This document shows positions 22,585 through 34,281 of a stretch of DNA of 36,905 nt, piece by piece (position 1 is the first letter of the stretch; every line of letters starts with the position of its first letter). Made by a program: the position numbers and the translations under genes. The stretch spans positions 1 through 36,905 of the forward strand of contig NW_021831682.1 in NCBI RefSeq assembly GCF_006345805.1. The letters run 5' to 3'. The notes under the pieces are model-generated. The model saw only the letters and a program-made list of their open reading frames with translations, ran no database searches and was not told the origin of the DNA. Source of the stretch: Octopus sinensis (Eukaryota).

Positions 22585-24869
22585 ATGTATCCTTTACTGT
22601 TTGCATTATTTGTATGCACTGCATTCTCTTATGACCAGAAGTTGTCATTTGCTGGCCTTGTAATGCTATTATTTCACTCCTCTTTTAGCTACCACTACAG
22701 AAACACGTGCAAAAGGTATTTGGGATAAACAACTGGTTATTTAGAGAGAAGAAATGACACTCTCCGAAGATGTATTATTCTTAATCCCACTACAATTATA
22801 GAGACTCGAGGGACTGATAAATGTGGAATGGGTAAGGAATACGTTTATATTTATATTAGAACATTGTAGTGGAGTGGACAGAACAAAGATATGTAAGCCC
22901 AGTAGTACAATAATATTCAGGACACTAAATTGAGCATATTTGATAAAGTATTAAGGATTGTGATATATTATAGGACAAAATACTTACTTCTCTCCGAGAG
23001 GTAATGCTTGTTTGATAATGAGTAGTACTCTGATGAATATGTGTCCCGACGGTATTAGTGCTTATTATTAATTTATAGCTTCAATCGCATTCCCAGCATT
23101 CCAGGTGAATTTGCTGTTATTACTATTTATAGATTCATACTATAGTTGCTCGTGCCACTGACGCATTGTAGTGCTCATTAGAAACGTTAAAACCACCACT
23201 CCGCCAACCCCGCCCACCCCGACGACACCCAGCACTCCGAGCACGATGCCAAAAGGTTATATTGAATAAAACTATTGTTAGAGAATATAGTAAAACAAGC
23301 CGAAATAAAGTTAAAGGATGAAAGGAACAAGACAAAAGTGATATATAGATCTGTGTATATTAGATTATACAAATCATGGATGATCTGACTAGAACGAACA
23401 ACGTGGAGGAACAAGATATATCCACGTACATTATTCGCGTAAACAGCAGGTTTCACAAACTATGTGAAGAACCCACCGAAAATACCGCGAACTTTGAACT
23501 TTCGAATGAAAAAATACGCATAATAGACAAAACTGTGGCAAGCACATTATCATATGAATTGGAGGAACAAGATATTCAATGCGAGCTCACGTTTGATACA
23601 GAAACAGACATCCACGGTGCATTTTAGATTTATTCCTCTCAGTGAGAACTGTTTACTGGAATGACACGATAACTTTTAAATCCAAAAAGCCCCAAATTTT
23701 GGGCTCGAAGGTTTTCTCAGTAAGTTTGCGAGCTGAAACAGAGTTAAAAGTCAAAATTACATTTCCAGTGAGTCCCACATTTATATTGCTTAGACTAATC
23801 GGACTAACTTGACTTGCGCATATTTTGACGAGAACAATTCGGAGTGGATTACGACTGGGGGGACGACGCTGTTTACTAATGCGGGGGTTGTCTGCGTATT
23901 CAATCACCTGACAAGCTTTGCCGTGATCTTTGTTGCTCCTTGATTGCTGACAACGCAGAGACCAGAACTCCTGAATGTGAAAAGTCCAGTCAAGTTGTAC
24001 ATAAACAGCATACTGCTCGCAATCTCTACATTTTTGATATTTTTTTCAATTATGATATTTATGACGAATATAAAGTATATTTGCTGGTACCACTCGCTAG
24101 AATACAAATCAAGTCGACCTTCCAACTGGCACTGCTTCATTTTGAATTCTCGATGGTAATTGTAAACATTACATTTCTTTCCATACTACAAAACTCGGAG
24201 AACGAGGGAGTGACTGCGTGCACAGCCAAAGGAGTTGTCCTCCATTTCGGACTTTTGGCACAATTTCTGTGGATGCTGGCAGAGACGTACATCCATTATA
24301 TTAAATTTGTCAAAGTCATCGGCATCACCATCAACAAAATAATCACCAAAGCAGTCGTGCTAAATTGGGGTTCTCATGCATTTGACCACTCGCAGGCATT
24401 CCATTGTGTATTGTGGGGACGATCGCTCTTGTTGACTCGCGTGTGTATTACAACGAAGGAAAGTAAGGGATTCTATTTGAGTGGGCAGATGTCTGATATC
24501 GGGTGTGGGACTGTATACAGGCCTGGTGCTTCCCTGTGCTGCAATCGCGTTGGTCAATCTCATCTTGTTTGTCATTATTGGACTTCACATAAAAAAGGCT
24601 CGAGTAGAAAATTCAAAGCAGATGTTTCAGGAGAACAGAATATTGGCATTGTTGGCATTCTCCTCTGGTTTGCCGGTTGTGCTATTCCAGGATTACCGTG
24701 GTTCGTATACTTCTTTGTCCAATTCGACACGACTGGGACATTGGACTACATTGCCAGTCCTGTTATTTGTCTCACTGGGGCCATCGTTGTTATCCTCAAT
24801 TTGATGACCCGGCCAAAGACGACAGTCCAAAATAAGACTATTCGCCAGAAAGTCTTTTCATATTTCTAA
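22585..24869 (+). CDS. Adhesion GPCR: signal peptide, micro-exon ectodomain, Pro/Thr linker, GAIN/GPS, 7TM
   Basis: One stop-free frame across ~19 GT-AG introns of 23-30 nt. Signal peptide MYPLLFALFVCTAFS, GPS CAYF...W...C.FNHL|TSFAVIF, family-2 7TM motifs (CTAKGVVLHFGLLAQFLWMLAE, LNWGIP, GLPW); stop TAA at 24867-24869. Confidence 0.88.
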
Positions 24870-24915
24870 TTGATACTAACAGTCTTTTCCTCTATCTTAC
24901 TAACAAATCGCTTTA

Positions 24916-26300
24916 TTAAAAATGACGAACTGAACTAGGACGTCTTGTTCTCTCAATATCGTTGAGTACTTCATGTAGTCTGTTTGCGTACCTCTGTTTT
25001 ACTTCCTCTGTCTGAATATAGTATATATAAATACTTATTCGACACATCAACGCATTTCCGCTCTAATTTCCATGATTTGTACAATTTCTGATAAAATCTT
25101 TTGCAACTTTTAAAATAAGCAATGCTACTAAATGTTCTCCACGTAAAGTTTGTGACAACTGTCGAGTTTGATGACATCGGAACCGGACATTTAATTAATT
25201 TCTTAATTTTAAAACTGGCAAGCAAACCTGTGCAGTTTATGTCGAGTTCAGGTCTCCATTAATATACTTGTATCCCTGTTTGCAGCAAAATTGCACCACA
25301 TATTGATATAAATAATTTTCTCCAAGCATAAACGAATTATTAGCAATGTATGAGTAACTGCATTCCAGTCCTTTCGAATTACGCATTCCAATACTTTTAC
25401 AGTCAGGTTTTTTGCCAGATCACGTTAAATTTGACTGGCACATTCTAATGAGATCCCCATCTACCAAATTATTTCCCAGGAAGCACTGATAAGTGTAATT
25501 TCCACCGATGTGTAAACTATTAAAAATTTCGAAAGTATTGGGCACTGGAAAAAAGTTGAACATTTCCCCATTATGCTTGTATTTTAATAATCAAACAATC
25601 GCAAACTAACTCTTTTCCTATCCACAGGCCTTCGGATTCACAGAGATGAGTTGTATCGCTTTTTTGAAGTCGATAGCCACTCTAAAATGTGTAATCGATG
25701 ATGTCAAATGAAACAAATCTTTCGCTTTTTGTTAAAATTATAGAATTTTTGTAGATAATTGGAGATTGACAGGTCCGCCGTGTCAAATTGAATTTTTCAA
25801 ATTTGGATTTTTGCATTTAAAATTGTCAGATCCAATCCACGTTTTATTCGCTGCACATTTGACCCAAGAAGTGGCGTAAGTGCTGTAATATCCAGCCTTG
25901 CAAACATAGAATGCTTGAAGTTTGTCTGTTTGAAGATTATTTCGGCATTATGGACTGGTGGCAGCAATCCACAGTCAATTTCTAGATAATGATTCCTCGA
26001 ATATTCAATTTTACAAATTAAAGTTTTTTGTGATCATTTTTTGTTGAAGGTGCATCCCCTAACTGCCAGACCATCGACGTATTCATAGCCTTCATCACAT
26101 TCTTGGTAGACTTTTGCTTGGAAGTAATAGTCGGTTAAAAAGACTAAATTGACGTGCATTGGTTTCGGTGGAGGACCACAATATATTTATAGTAAAAGTA
26201 AGTCAAATAGTCATACTATTGCAAGTAATGTTAAGATTGGACCATATTCTACTGGATAGGCACTTTATCATCATTTCTGAAATAGCCTTTTTTACAGCGA
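24916..26300 (-). pseudogene. Multi-Sushi/CCP (SCR) repeat gene, degraded (~6-7 modules)
   Basis: Repeated C-x-x-P...Y-x-C-x-x-G-Y...C...W...C units (IYCGPPP...ECDEGYE...GCTFNKK*S, IDCGLLPP...VCKAGYY...KCAANKTWIG, YQCFLGNN...MCQSNLT*SGKKPDC) with stops, frameshifts and mutated splice sites. Confidence 0.8.
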
Positions 26301-27015
26301 ATCAGTCAAATTGGAGACATTTTCACATACAGTTCCTTCGGTCTCGACTCCACCAGACGTCCCCCGTCTTTTAGACCCCTCCTCCATAATTTTGACTTTT
26401 AGCATTAAATATAATAAAAATTAAATTTTCCATTAATTGATTAACAGAAGCCCCGATGGCATAACTCTTTTCCCGTACTCCCAAAGAAAATCACTTGCAT
26501 AAAATGTCACGTATGTAGACACGTTCTCCCATTTCATAATTTTTGGGAATAATAATTTTCCCGGTTGGACTGTCAATGTAGCACAAAAGACGAAAATATC
26601 TAGCTATTTGGAGATTGGGAAACTTTTCCGTTTTGTCCCAATTTCTATAGAAACGTCACAAAAATGATAAATAAAACAGTTGAATCCAAAACTGCAGAAT
26701 TTCAAAGGAAATTGCTGGCTAAACTGGCTAAACGAAGGGGGAAAAGTCGCAAAGAGTATCGGCTTTGGTAACGTACCTTGGGAATCCGCCGTTTATCCAA
26801 TCGCCGGTGAACCTTGTCCGGTCCACCAAGTCCGTCATCCAGGAAGAGAGTGGTTTGAGTGAGGGATATTCCTAAAAACTAAAAAAACAGAGAATACATA
26901 TTTTCCCACATCGAAGGGAATCTTTGCCATGTCCTGGGACGACAACCAGTCCGTTGACGGCCTTGAGTAAGTCTTTCAAACACCTTCTAATGATACCAAA
27001 ACGACGATTGTAACT
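26300..27015 (-). pseudogene. Fragments of the axonemal dynein heavy chain C-terminal domain
   Basis: YNRRFGIIRRCLKDLLKAVNGLVV (~26945-27015), EYPSLKPLSSWMTDLVDRTRFTGDWINGGFP (26777-26871) and LVESRPKELYVKMSPI*L (~26303-26355) match consecutive conserved blocks of the DHC C-terminus. Confidence 0.75.
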
Positions 27016-27249
27016 GACATATAATATACTCCACTATTTTAGAAGGTTCCGATATCCGATTCTTTCATAAAGAAAATCACCTTATATACGGCTTTAAAAT
27101 TTTTTGTAATAATAGAGTTAATTTATGGACAGTTAGAAAAGTGAGAAAGATTGTTGAAGACTACGCAGTTTAGGGCGCCCTCCTTCAAAATTGATTTTAA
27201 GATTTTAATGTGTTTAAAAATTGTTTTACATATGGAAGATATAATTATG

Positions 27250-27420
27250 AAAAATTTTATACAATCAACAGAAAAACATTAATATTGCTTGATAATGCTG
27301 CATGTAATGAAAATATTTTATGCTCGAACAATGAGTTTTTATTTTTGCCAAAAAATACAAAACCTTATTTGCAACCTTTGAAAAAAGAAAAAAGATCTTT
27401 AAAAATTATTACTCCAATTA
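27250..27420 (+). mobile_element. pogo/Tigger DDE_1 fragment
   Basis: RKTLILLDNAACNENILCSNNEFLFLPKNTKPYLQPL resembles RKILLLLDNxxxH...FLPxNTTxxLQPLD. Confidence 0.65.
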
Positions 27421-27603
27421 TCTGGTTCAGTTTTCGTGCTTTCAAAATGGTGAAAATTAATTTAGAACTTTTCTAAAATTGATTTTTAATGCTCAAAAAT
27501 CTTTGTTTTATAAAACCCCTATTTATGAGCACCACAAATTACAGACTCAACAAAGAACAGAATCAACATCTTTTGACAAAAAAACTTAAATAAAATAATA
27601 ATA

Positions 27604-28155
27604 TCAAGTCCGTCCATTGAGGATTATGTTAGGAAGACCCTCAATTCGTACCCTTTGTACAGTCATGGCCACTCCTTCCGGCAACTGCAATTGAAGATAG
27701 GCCAAATACGTATCAGCAGTAGAACCAGTCAAATGATAGAGCTACGCTGAATGGCACTACTCTACTGTGATTTGACGCACGTGAGTCCGTGTCTCGTACT
27801 GCACCAGGTGCTTGGCCTTTCCTGTTGGTGCCTTTAGAACAGACCAACGACGAATTTTGGAAGGACAACCAACTCTGAAATATCAGTGGACGGGGGAGAC
27901 ATTGTGAGGGAGATGTCTAGGTAAGAAGCCGACAGTGACATGAATGTAGTATAGCTACTGAGTACTGATTTATCGTGTCCTTTTAGTATAATCTTGATTT
28001 GACTGTACAAATCGTCTGGTTCTTTGTCGGTAGGCTGAAATATGGATTATAATCATTACTTTTACACCACCAAGCAAAGGGTGTGCCAAGTCGGGCCTGA
28101 TATTGAATATTCCTATAGATCTAGTCGAGATTGCAGCAAGCACACACCTCAACAT
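27604..28155 (-). CDS. MRPS10: Mitochondrial ribosomal protein S10 (uS10m), 4 exons
   Basis: Introns 28035-28059, 27875-27900 and 27742-27765 give a presequence plus [23 protein letters not shown]...VQYETRTH...[24 protein letters not shown], matching animal MRPS10. Confidence 0.93.
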
Positions 28156-28380
28156 TTTTTTAAATATTTTATTCTCAACAATATCATAACAAAAACAAAT
28201 ATATAAACAGTAATAAAAATAGAAAATGAGAGAAATTTAGTAAATAAAACACGTGTAGTGTCATTGATTATTTATGTTTTTTAACCACTTTGAAGTGTTT
28301 CCATAAATGGAAATATATTAATTTCTATATAAAGAAATAATTAAATTTATTTATGAATAACATGACAATAAAATATTTAA

Positions 28381-28922
28381 ATGTTTGCATGGTCAACAGT
28401 GTTTGCTGTGACGACCTTTATTGGCATTTTATGTATATTTACCTAAAAGTGATGTCCTAGTCCCAATAATAAACACAATCATGACAGTATTTGTACCCCA
28501 CACCGACACTCAGGCTCTAATAGCGAAAGCACACGACAATGTGGACAAACACTACGAACCCTGCTATTACGGAGAATTGATAATCGACAAAATTCTGATT
28601 CAAATAGTCGCAATTCAAAAAACAAGCAAAAACTGGGTCAAATACAAGTCAGTTGAATCTACCCAGATATTTCTTGTGGGGTATTTCAGTCCCTACGTCG
28701 GCAGTGACGGACCTGGGACATATATTGCCATTCAGGACAAGAAGGGCAATGCAGAGGTCCACACTGTTTATGAACAAAATGTATTTAATGGAATACTCAC
28801 TGTGAGTGCTACTTTTTTATGTGCAAGCAAGCAAATTTTTATATAAATATTTATTTATTTTAATAAATTATTATAAATATTTGATTGATTTATTTAATTT
28901 TAAGACGGTATTCCTTCATTGA
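28381..28922 (+). CDS. Orphan protein with hydrophobic N-terminus, probably 3 exons
   Basis: ATG at 28381 (MFAWSTVFAVTTFIGIL) joins ORF 28421-28846 in frame via GT-AG intron 28433-28460. Likely last intron from 28803 to a short exon TVFLH*, followed by AATAAA. No family recognised. Confidence 0.55.
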
Positions 28923-31174
28923 TAATAAATATTTATTTGTTAACACAAAATACCCGCCAGTTGTAGTGGAGCATGTTTACTGTCTGCGTGTGTATAACAA
29001 ATGTGTTAAATATAATTGAAACAATCGAACAAATGACATTTTATCTAGTGAGAGTATTAGTTGTCTGTTTTCCATTGATTCGGCCAGTTGTCACCAGATA
29101 GTTCAAGACAGTAAGGAAATTGTTGTTTTTCTGGCCCAAGTCAATTCTATTTGGAACCTCTTTACTGAATATGTGGCCAAAAATGACAATATTCTTCAAC
29201 TTCTCCTACAAATCCTTTTCGTTTATGTTGTGCGAAAAACTTCTCTGTCTTATCTAACCCTGGATATATATTTCTCTGATGTTCTGGTATTATAAAGTGT
29301 AATATTACTTACTATATTGACAGGACTAGTCCGGACATTTAAAGTTGTCTCTTTTAGTTAATATAAAAAGAGCTGTCAATTGAAAAGCAAGTCTGTTGAT
29401 TGAGTTGTTGAGTTATTTGAAACAACTTGTGAACTGTTATGGTTTAATTGGTATGTTTGATCTGGATATGTCAGTCTGGTATACTATCCTTCAGAATCCC
29501 CAGAACATGGCCCAATGGAGAATGGAAGAAGAGAGAACACAGTGTAAAAGACTGTTGTCTATTGTCACTACTTGTCAAAATATGATCAGAAAATGTATTT
29601 ATATAGGAAAAGTAGTATTTTGGTGAGAGTATGGAATACTGTGACCATTTTGTGTCACCTTCCAGATATAACTGAGTTTTGATGACTGAGATTGTAGTTT
29701 AATAGTGATTTATTGTATCATGTGACAGTTATGGGAGGTCAATGGAGGAATCTGTCCTATGCCTAGTATTACTCATGCTATTTTTACTGAGGAGAATAGC
29801 ACAATTTTTTACTGAGGAGAATAGTACAGTTTCTAAAATTATAGAAAAAATGAAAATCGTAAACCCAGAAAATCTTTGTTAGTATTAGTAATTTATTATT
29901 ATTTTAGTTTTAATTTATTGAAGGCTCCTGGTGAGGTGGATTTCTTTTAATGAAATTTGAATTTAAAATTACCCCTCTAAATTATTCGATTCAAGCGATT
30001 TTCTGTTTTTTCTTACTGTAAGGACGACAACGAGTGAAAGTATCAGAAATGTAATAACAGTGGGTATGACATACATTATTTCAATATTGAATTTTGATTT
30101 ATTTTTAGCAGGAATAATACGATTTGCAAAATAATAATAAAAATATACATTCTAACATAGAAGATGGGGTGTATGATGTATTCTCTGATGTATTTATTCT
30201 ACTTTTTAATAGAAGTGATAAAGTTGCTGAAAAATTAAATTTTGATTACTGTCATTTATAAGATGGTTCATATTTCGAAGATAATTTAATTCTTTTTTCG
30301 TCAATATTCGATTGCTTAAATAGAATGACATAGAATTACCACGAAGTATTATTCATAATATGATTTGTATTGTTCGAATTAGGCAAACCAAACAAATGTA
30401 ATATACTATATAGAATTGATCCATGATTTTTCTATATAAATATATTTTTAAATACATTTTGATTGTAGTATTTTACGTATATTATTTTAATCTCATTCTT
30501 GGTTATTTTATTCATACTCTTGTTGTCTGTACTTTGAAAAATGAAATTTAATAAAACTAACTCTATTCTGATAATTAATTGATTTAATTTATATGAAATC
30601 GCATTATCTTCGGTTATTTCAATTACATCAGAGAGAACCTATTATATATCTAAAAATTATTACTTGTATTGTCGTTAAAACATCGTTTCTCTATAGTTAT
30701 TAATTATAAACAAAACAGGGATGTTTTCGAAATAAATATTCAATTTCCATGGATAGCCTATGCATAGATTTCACTTTAAATTTAAAATTACCGAGTGTTT
30801 GAAAAGCTAACGCTCCTACTAATAAATAGAGATACATCATTTCTTTTTAACGCTAAAGTCAAATATAAATGTTTCATTCAAAAAATCCGATAAAATTATG
30901 ACTATTCTCAGAAATATAAATAATTTAGATATTTTTCCAATATAACTTTATCTTTTTCATTGATTTATTTCATACTATAAATCTGGAGTTATATGTTACT
31001 CATCATTGAGGATATTCTTGATATGCTGATTTTTTTAAGTAGAAGATTTTTGGGGCTTGTTTTCCATTGTTTCAGAATTATAAGGAGAAAGTATTTTGAC
31101 AATTTATCTGTATTTTACTTATTTGAAGTAAATGCGCGCACACAGACTCACATCATTTTAAGATATAATTAATT

Positions 31175-31716
31175 ATGTTGTCAAAGTTGTTGAGAGATCA
31201 TCAAGTCATGCAGCAGAAAAATAGAGGATTAATTGGTAGTAGTATTAAGTCTTATCTAGATAAGGCGATTGAACAGTCCAGGAGATCGACAGAGGTGAAC
31301 GGGTTGATCGAGGGGTCAAACAAGTGGTCAGTGTGATCTTTAATGTCCTCAGAGGTATAAGACAAGGAGGGCAAGATTAGTTGTGATTTGAATAAGTTGT
31401 ACAAGAAGTCATCCTCACTGATTCGTCAAATTGGGTAAGGATGGACGATGAGCTTAATTTTGCTGTGATGGTGATATTAGGTCATTCATTTTGGTTGGGA
31501 GACATTCAAAACTGGGCTCAATTAATGGACAGAGAGACAGATTTTGGAGACAGTCTCCAATATTTACTCTCCATGATTGACACACCTTCATTGTGTGCCT
31601 GTCGGGGTGCCACTCAACTCTTTTTTCAGATACTATTCTTAGACATTTTACTGGGCCAATACACACTTATGACATCAAACCTGGCATCACAAAAAATGGA
31701 ATTGGTACTTGTGTGA
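31175..31716 (+). pseudogene. BLOC1S1: BLOC-1 subunit 1 (GCN5L1) homologue with apparent frameshifts
   Basis: MLSKLLRDHQ..., NKGIRQG (cf. NVGVAQA), KISCDLNKL, WVRMDDELNFAV (cf. WIGMVENFNQAL), GDIQNWAQ (cf. GDVENWAR). The middle exon needs two frame changes that canonical introns do not explain. Confidence 0.75.
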
Positions 31717-31929
31717 CATGCGATTTAGGTTATATTTTTATATTATTTTGAGCACCACAAATTTTCTTAGAGCTAATGGATTTCGGAACTTGTGGACAGA
31801 AACAAATACAGTTCATAAAATTGCGTTTCACTCATTCAAAATGTTTATTAAATATTTAATTAATATGTTAATTTGGTTTAACACCAAATGTCGACCAGGT
31901 TGTTCCCGCAATGAGTAAGAACACAATTC

Positions 31930-33430
31930 CTAATAAAATAATAAATCTAAAATATTAAATAAAATATACATTAGAATATATATTTTGATATATTTATATT
32001 CTCCAATATAATTAATCAAAATATTTTCCTCAGTGTTTTTATCTGAGGAGTCCAATCCTTCCAAAGTTTCATTGCCCTGGACGAATGGGACATTACTCAT
32101 TCGGGGAATATCTGATTCAAGTCCATTTTCTATAAAAGTGACATTTTCTTCAAGAAAGCGATGCCACAAGTCCGTCTCAATTTCATATTTATTAGCAAGA
32201 TTTTTCTGTTTTGTCGTTTTTTCAGAAAATTGATAATTTTTCTTTTTCTGTTCACTACTGTCTTGTATCACAATATCCCTGGATATTGAATTCCTGTTTT
32301 TAAATTTGTATTTTCTCTTATAATTTTGTTTACGAGAACAGAAATCAGAAACGTGCAAATTATTTTTTTGATCAGTTTCCTGGTCAAAAATCGAATCCCC
32401 GTTTTCCCTATTTAACACATGGTCGAGGGTTCGATTCCCGAGGTCATCATTTATTGTTTTCTCACATATTTTAATATCAAAACTCTCCAATGTCACATCT
32501 TGTAAATTTGTTGACTCAAAATAATTCTCATTTTCACTTTTATGACCATTTTGACTACAAAAATCACGTTCTTCAACACTTTCCGAACAACTCACCGACA
32601 CGGTGGAGTACTCCGAACTATTGGGACACCCTTTCATGTCATTCGAGGACAAATCGTCATCAGGAAACAACTCCACTGCTGCATATATCATGTCTATAGC
32701 CACAGGATGTGAACCAAGTCCATATTTTGTGATCTCTGAGTGACCCCCGGTCCCCGACTGAATGCCTTCGTCTTCCTCAATCAACACGTGACTTTCTGTG
32801 TTGTTTTTTTCTATGGAATTGCCGATGTGAGTCGATTGATGTAACTCAGGAATGTTTATAGTCAAATTCTCTTCAGAAATACGATAAAATGGCATTTTTT
32901 GCGTCTGATTGCCCACTAATGAGCAACTGCTGGTCGGAAAGTGATGTTTATCAATAAGTTTGTAGCAATTAATCTATATATATACATTTCCGACATACTG
33001 ACTGTCCATTTTCCCTCATGTTAATCCACGGAATCGCGGAATTCCACGACAAATGGAGTCCCTCCAACAGTCGAATGATTATTTTCCAACTTGTACTGTC
33101 CACAGGAAGTTCCAATTCGTCAGCTTTGGCTTTTATTTGGTCTATTTTGTTGGGATGGGGGGCTGTCAGCATTTCAATGTCCTTTACTGGTAACCGGAAG
33201 TGATAAACCGATTTGGAAAAATCTTCTTTTTTATTAATTTTTAAATCTATTTTTGTTAGTCGTTTTTTTAAGACGTCGTAGGCAATTAGAAACTGATTTA
33301 AGGCTCGTCGTCGGGTGGTGTCTGACTGGCATAATTCCGTGATCTGAATTTGATCAGGAAATTGAATTACGTTGTTTAATAGATCGGATAATTTTGGCTC
33401 ATTTCTTTGATCGCTCATGTAATCTAACAT
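31930..33430 (-). CDS. Uncharacterised protein: ordered-looking N-terminal exon plus long acidic low-complexity exon
   Basis: Two adjacent long ORFs (153 and 328 aa) in AT-rich DNA, separated by a GT...AG gap around 32933-32990. Ends uncertain; no family recognised. Confidence 0.55.
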
Positions 33431-33719
33431 AGTAAATTTTATATTTATTTGAATTATTAATATTTATTAAAATTATTTAATTATTTAAATAAATAGTATT
33501 TTAAAGTCTTCTGATACCCTTCCACGTGTGATTGATTGAATCTACTCTATTTGAAATAAATTATCTATTTTTATTACTGAAATTCTTATTTTAAGACATT
33601 TCTTTAAAAATCTTGAAATGTATTTTATGGGGTTACTGATAAGCAAAATAAACATGGAAAATGAAATTTACGTTTCAAAAAATAGAAGGAATATAAATTG
33701 GTGACATATCTAAGTACAA

Positions 33720-34281
33720 TATACGGGTGAACTATAAAATAAAGGGCCCAATAAGCGATTTATTTCAGAATCTTTTATTGATGAGGATTTATGTTTCAAT
33801 AAAGTTTTGCAAAATGATGTCAAATTTAATTTATTTTTAAATCAACTATCAAAATAATCAAATTTTAACTGATGCTAATCTATTCGTTAATAGATTCGAA
33901 AATAGTCAAATTAATAGGCAAGTATTCTAACTGTCATTAAATTATTAAAATTACAAAAATTTTTCCAACTAATACGATTTAATTAACAGACTCTTTTTTG
34001 AAGGATTCTGACCGATTTCCACTCTAATTTTGACAGTCGGAATCGCTATTTCATGAACATAATCAATGCGTGCATTTTCAAGCGAATCTGTGGCACATAA
34101 TATTTCTTCAATTATAGTTTTGATTCTACGTTAATGCTCGACACTAATACTTTTAATGGTTTTTTTTACTTCTAACTATAGAATATATCCATAATCGGCA
34201 CATTATTCACTTATTGTAACATTTTGTAGCAAACACATCCCATTTTAAAATAATTGAGACATTATTTACCGGAACAGTGTA
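33720..34281 (-). mobile_element. Possible Tc1/mariner remnant
   Basis: TA-flanked end-like sequences tacgggtg (33720) and cagtgta (34281) around stop-riddled sequence; the two ends are not inverted copies of each other. Confidence 0.25.

Noticed and set aside
20421-24869. Lectin as the N-terminal domain of the adhesion GPCR
   Set aside because: They are on opposite strands and divergently oriented, each with its own signal peptide.
24916-26500. TGA at several conserved Trp positions (26306, 26034, 25420; perhaps 19543 and 19385), suggesting UGA=Trp or A-to-I repair
   Set aside because: The Trp codons I read in intact calpain, XAB2 and the GPCR are TGG, XAB2 and MRPS10 end in TGA, and the same regions carry frameshifts and broken splice sites. 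Ordinary pseudogene decay explains it.
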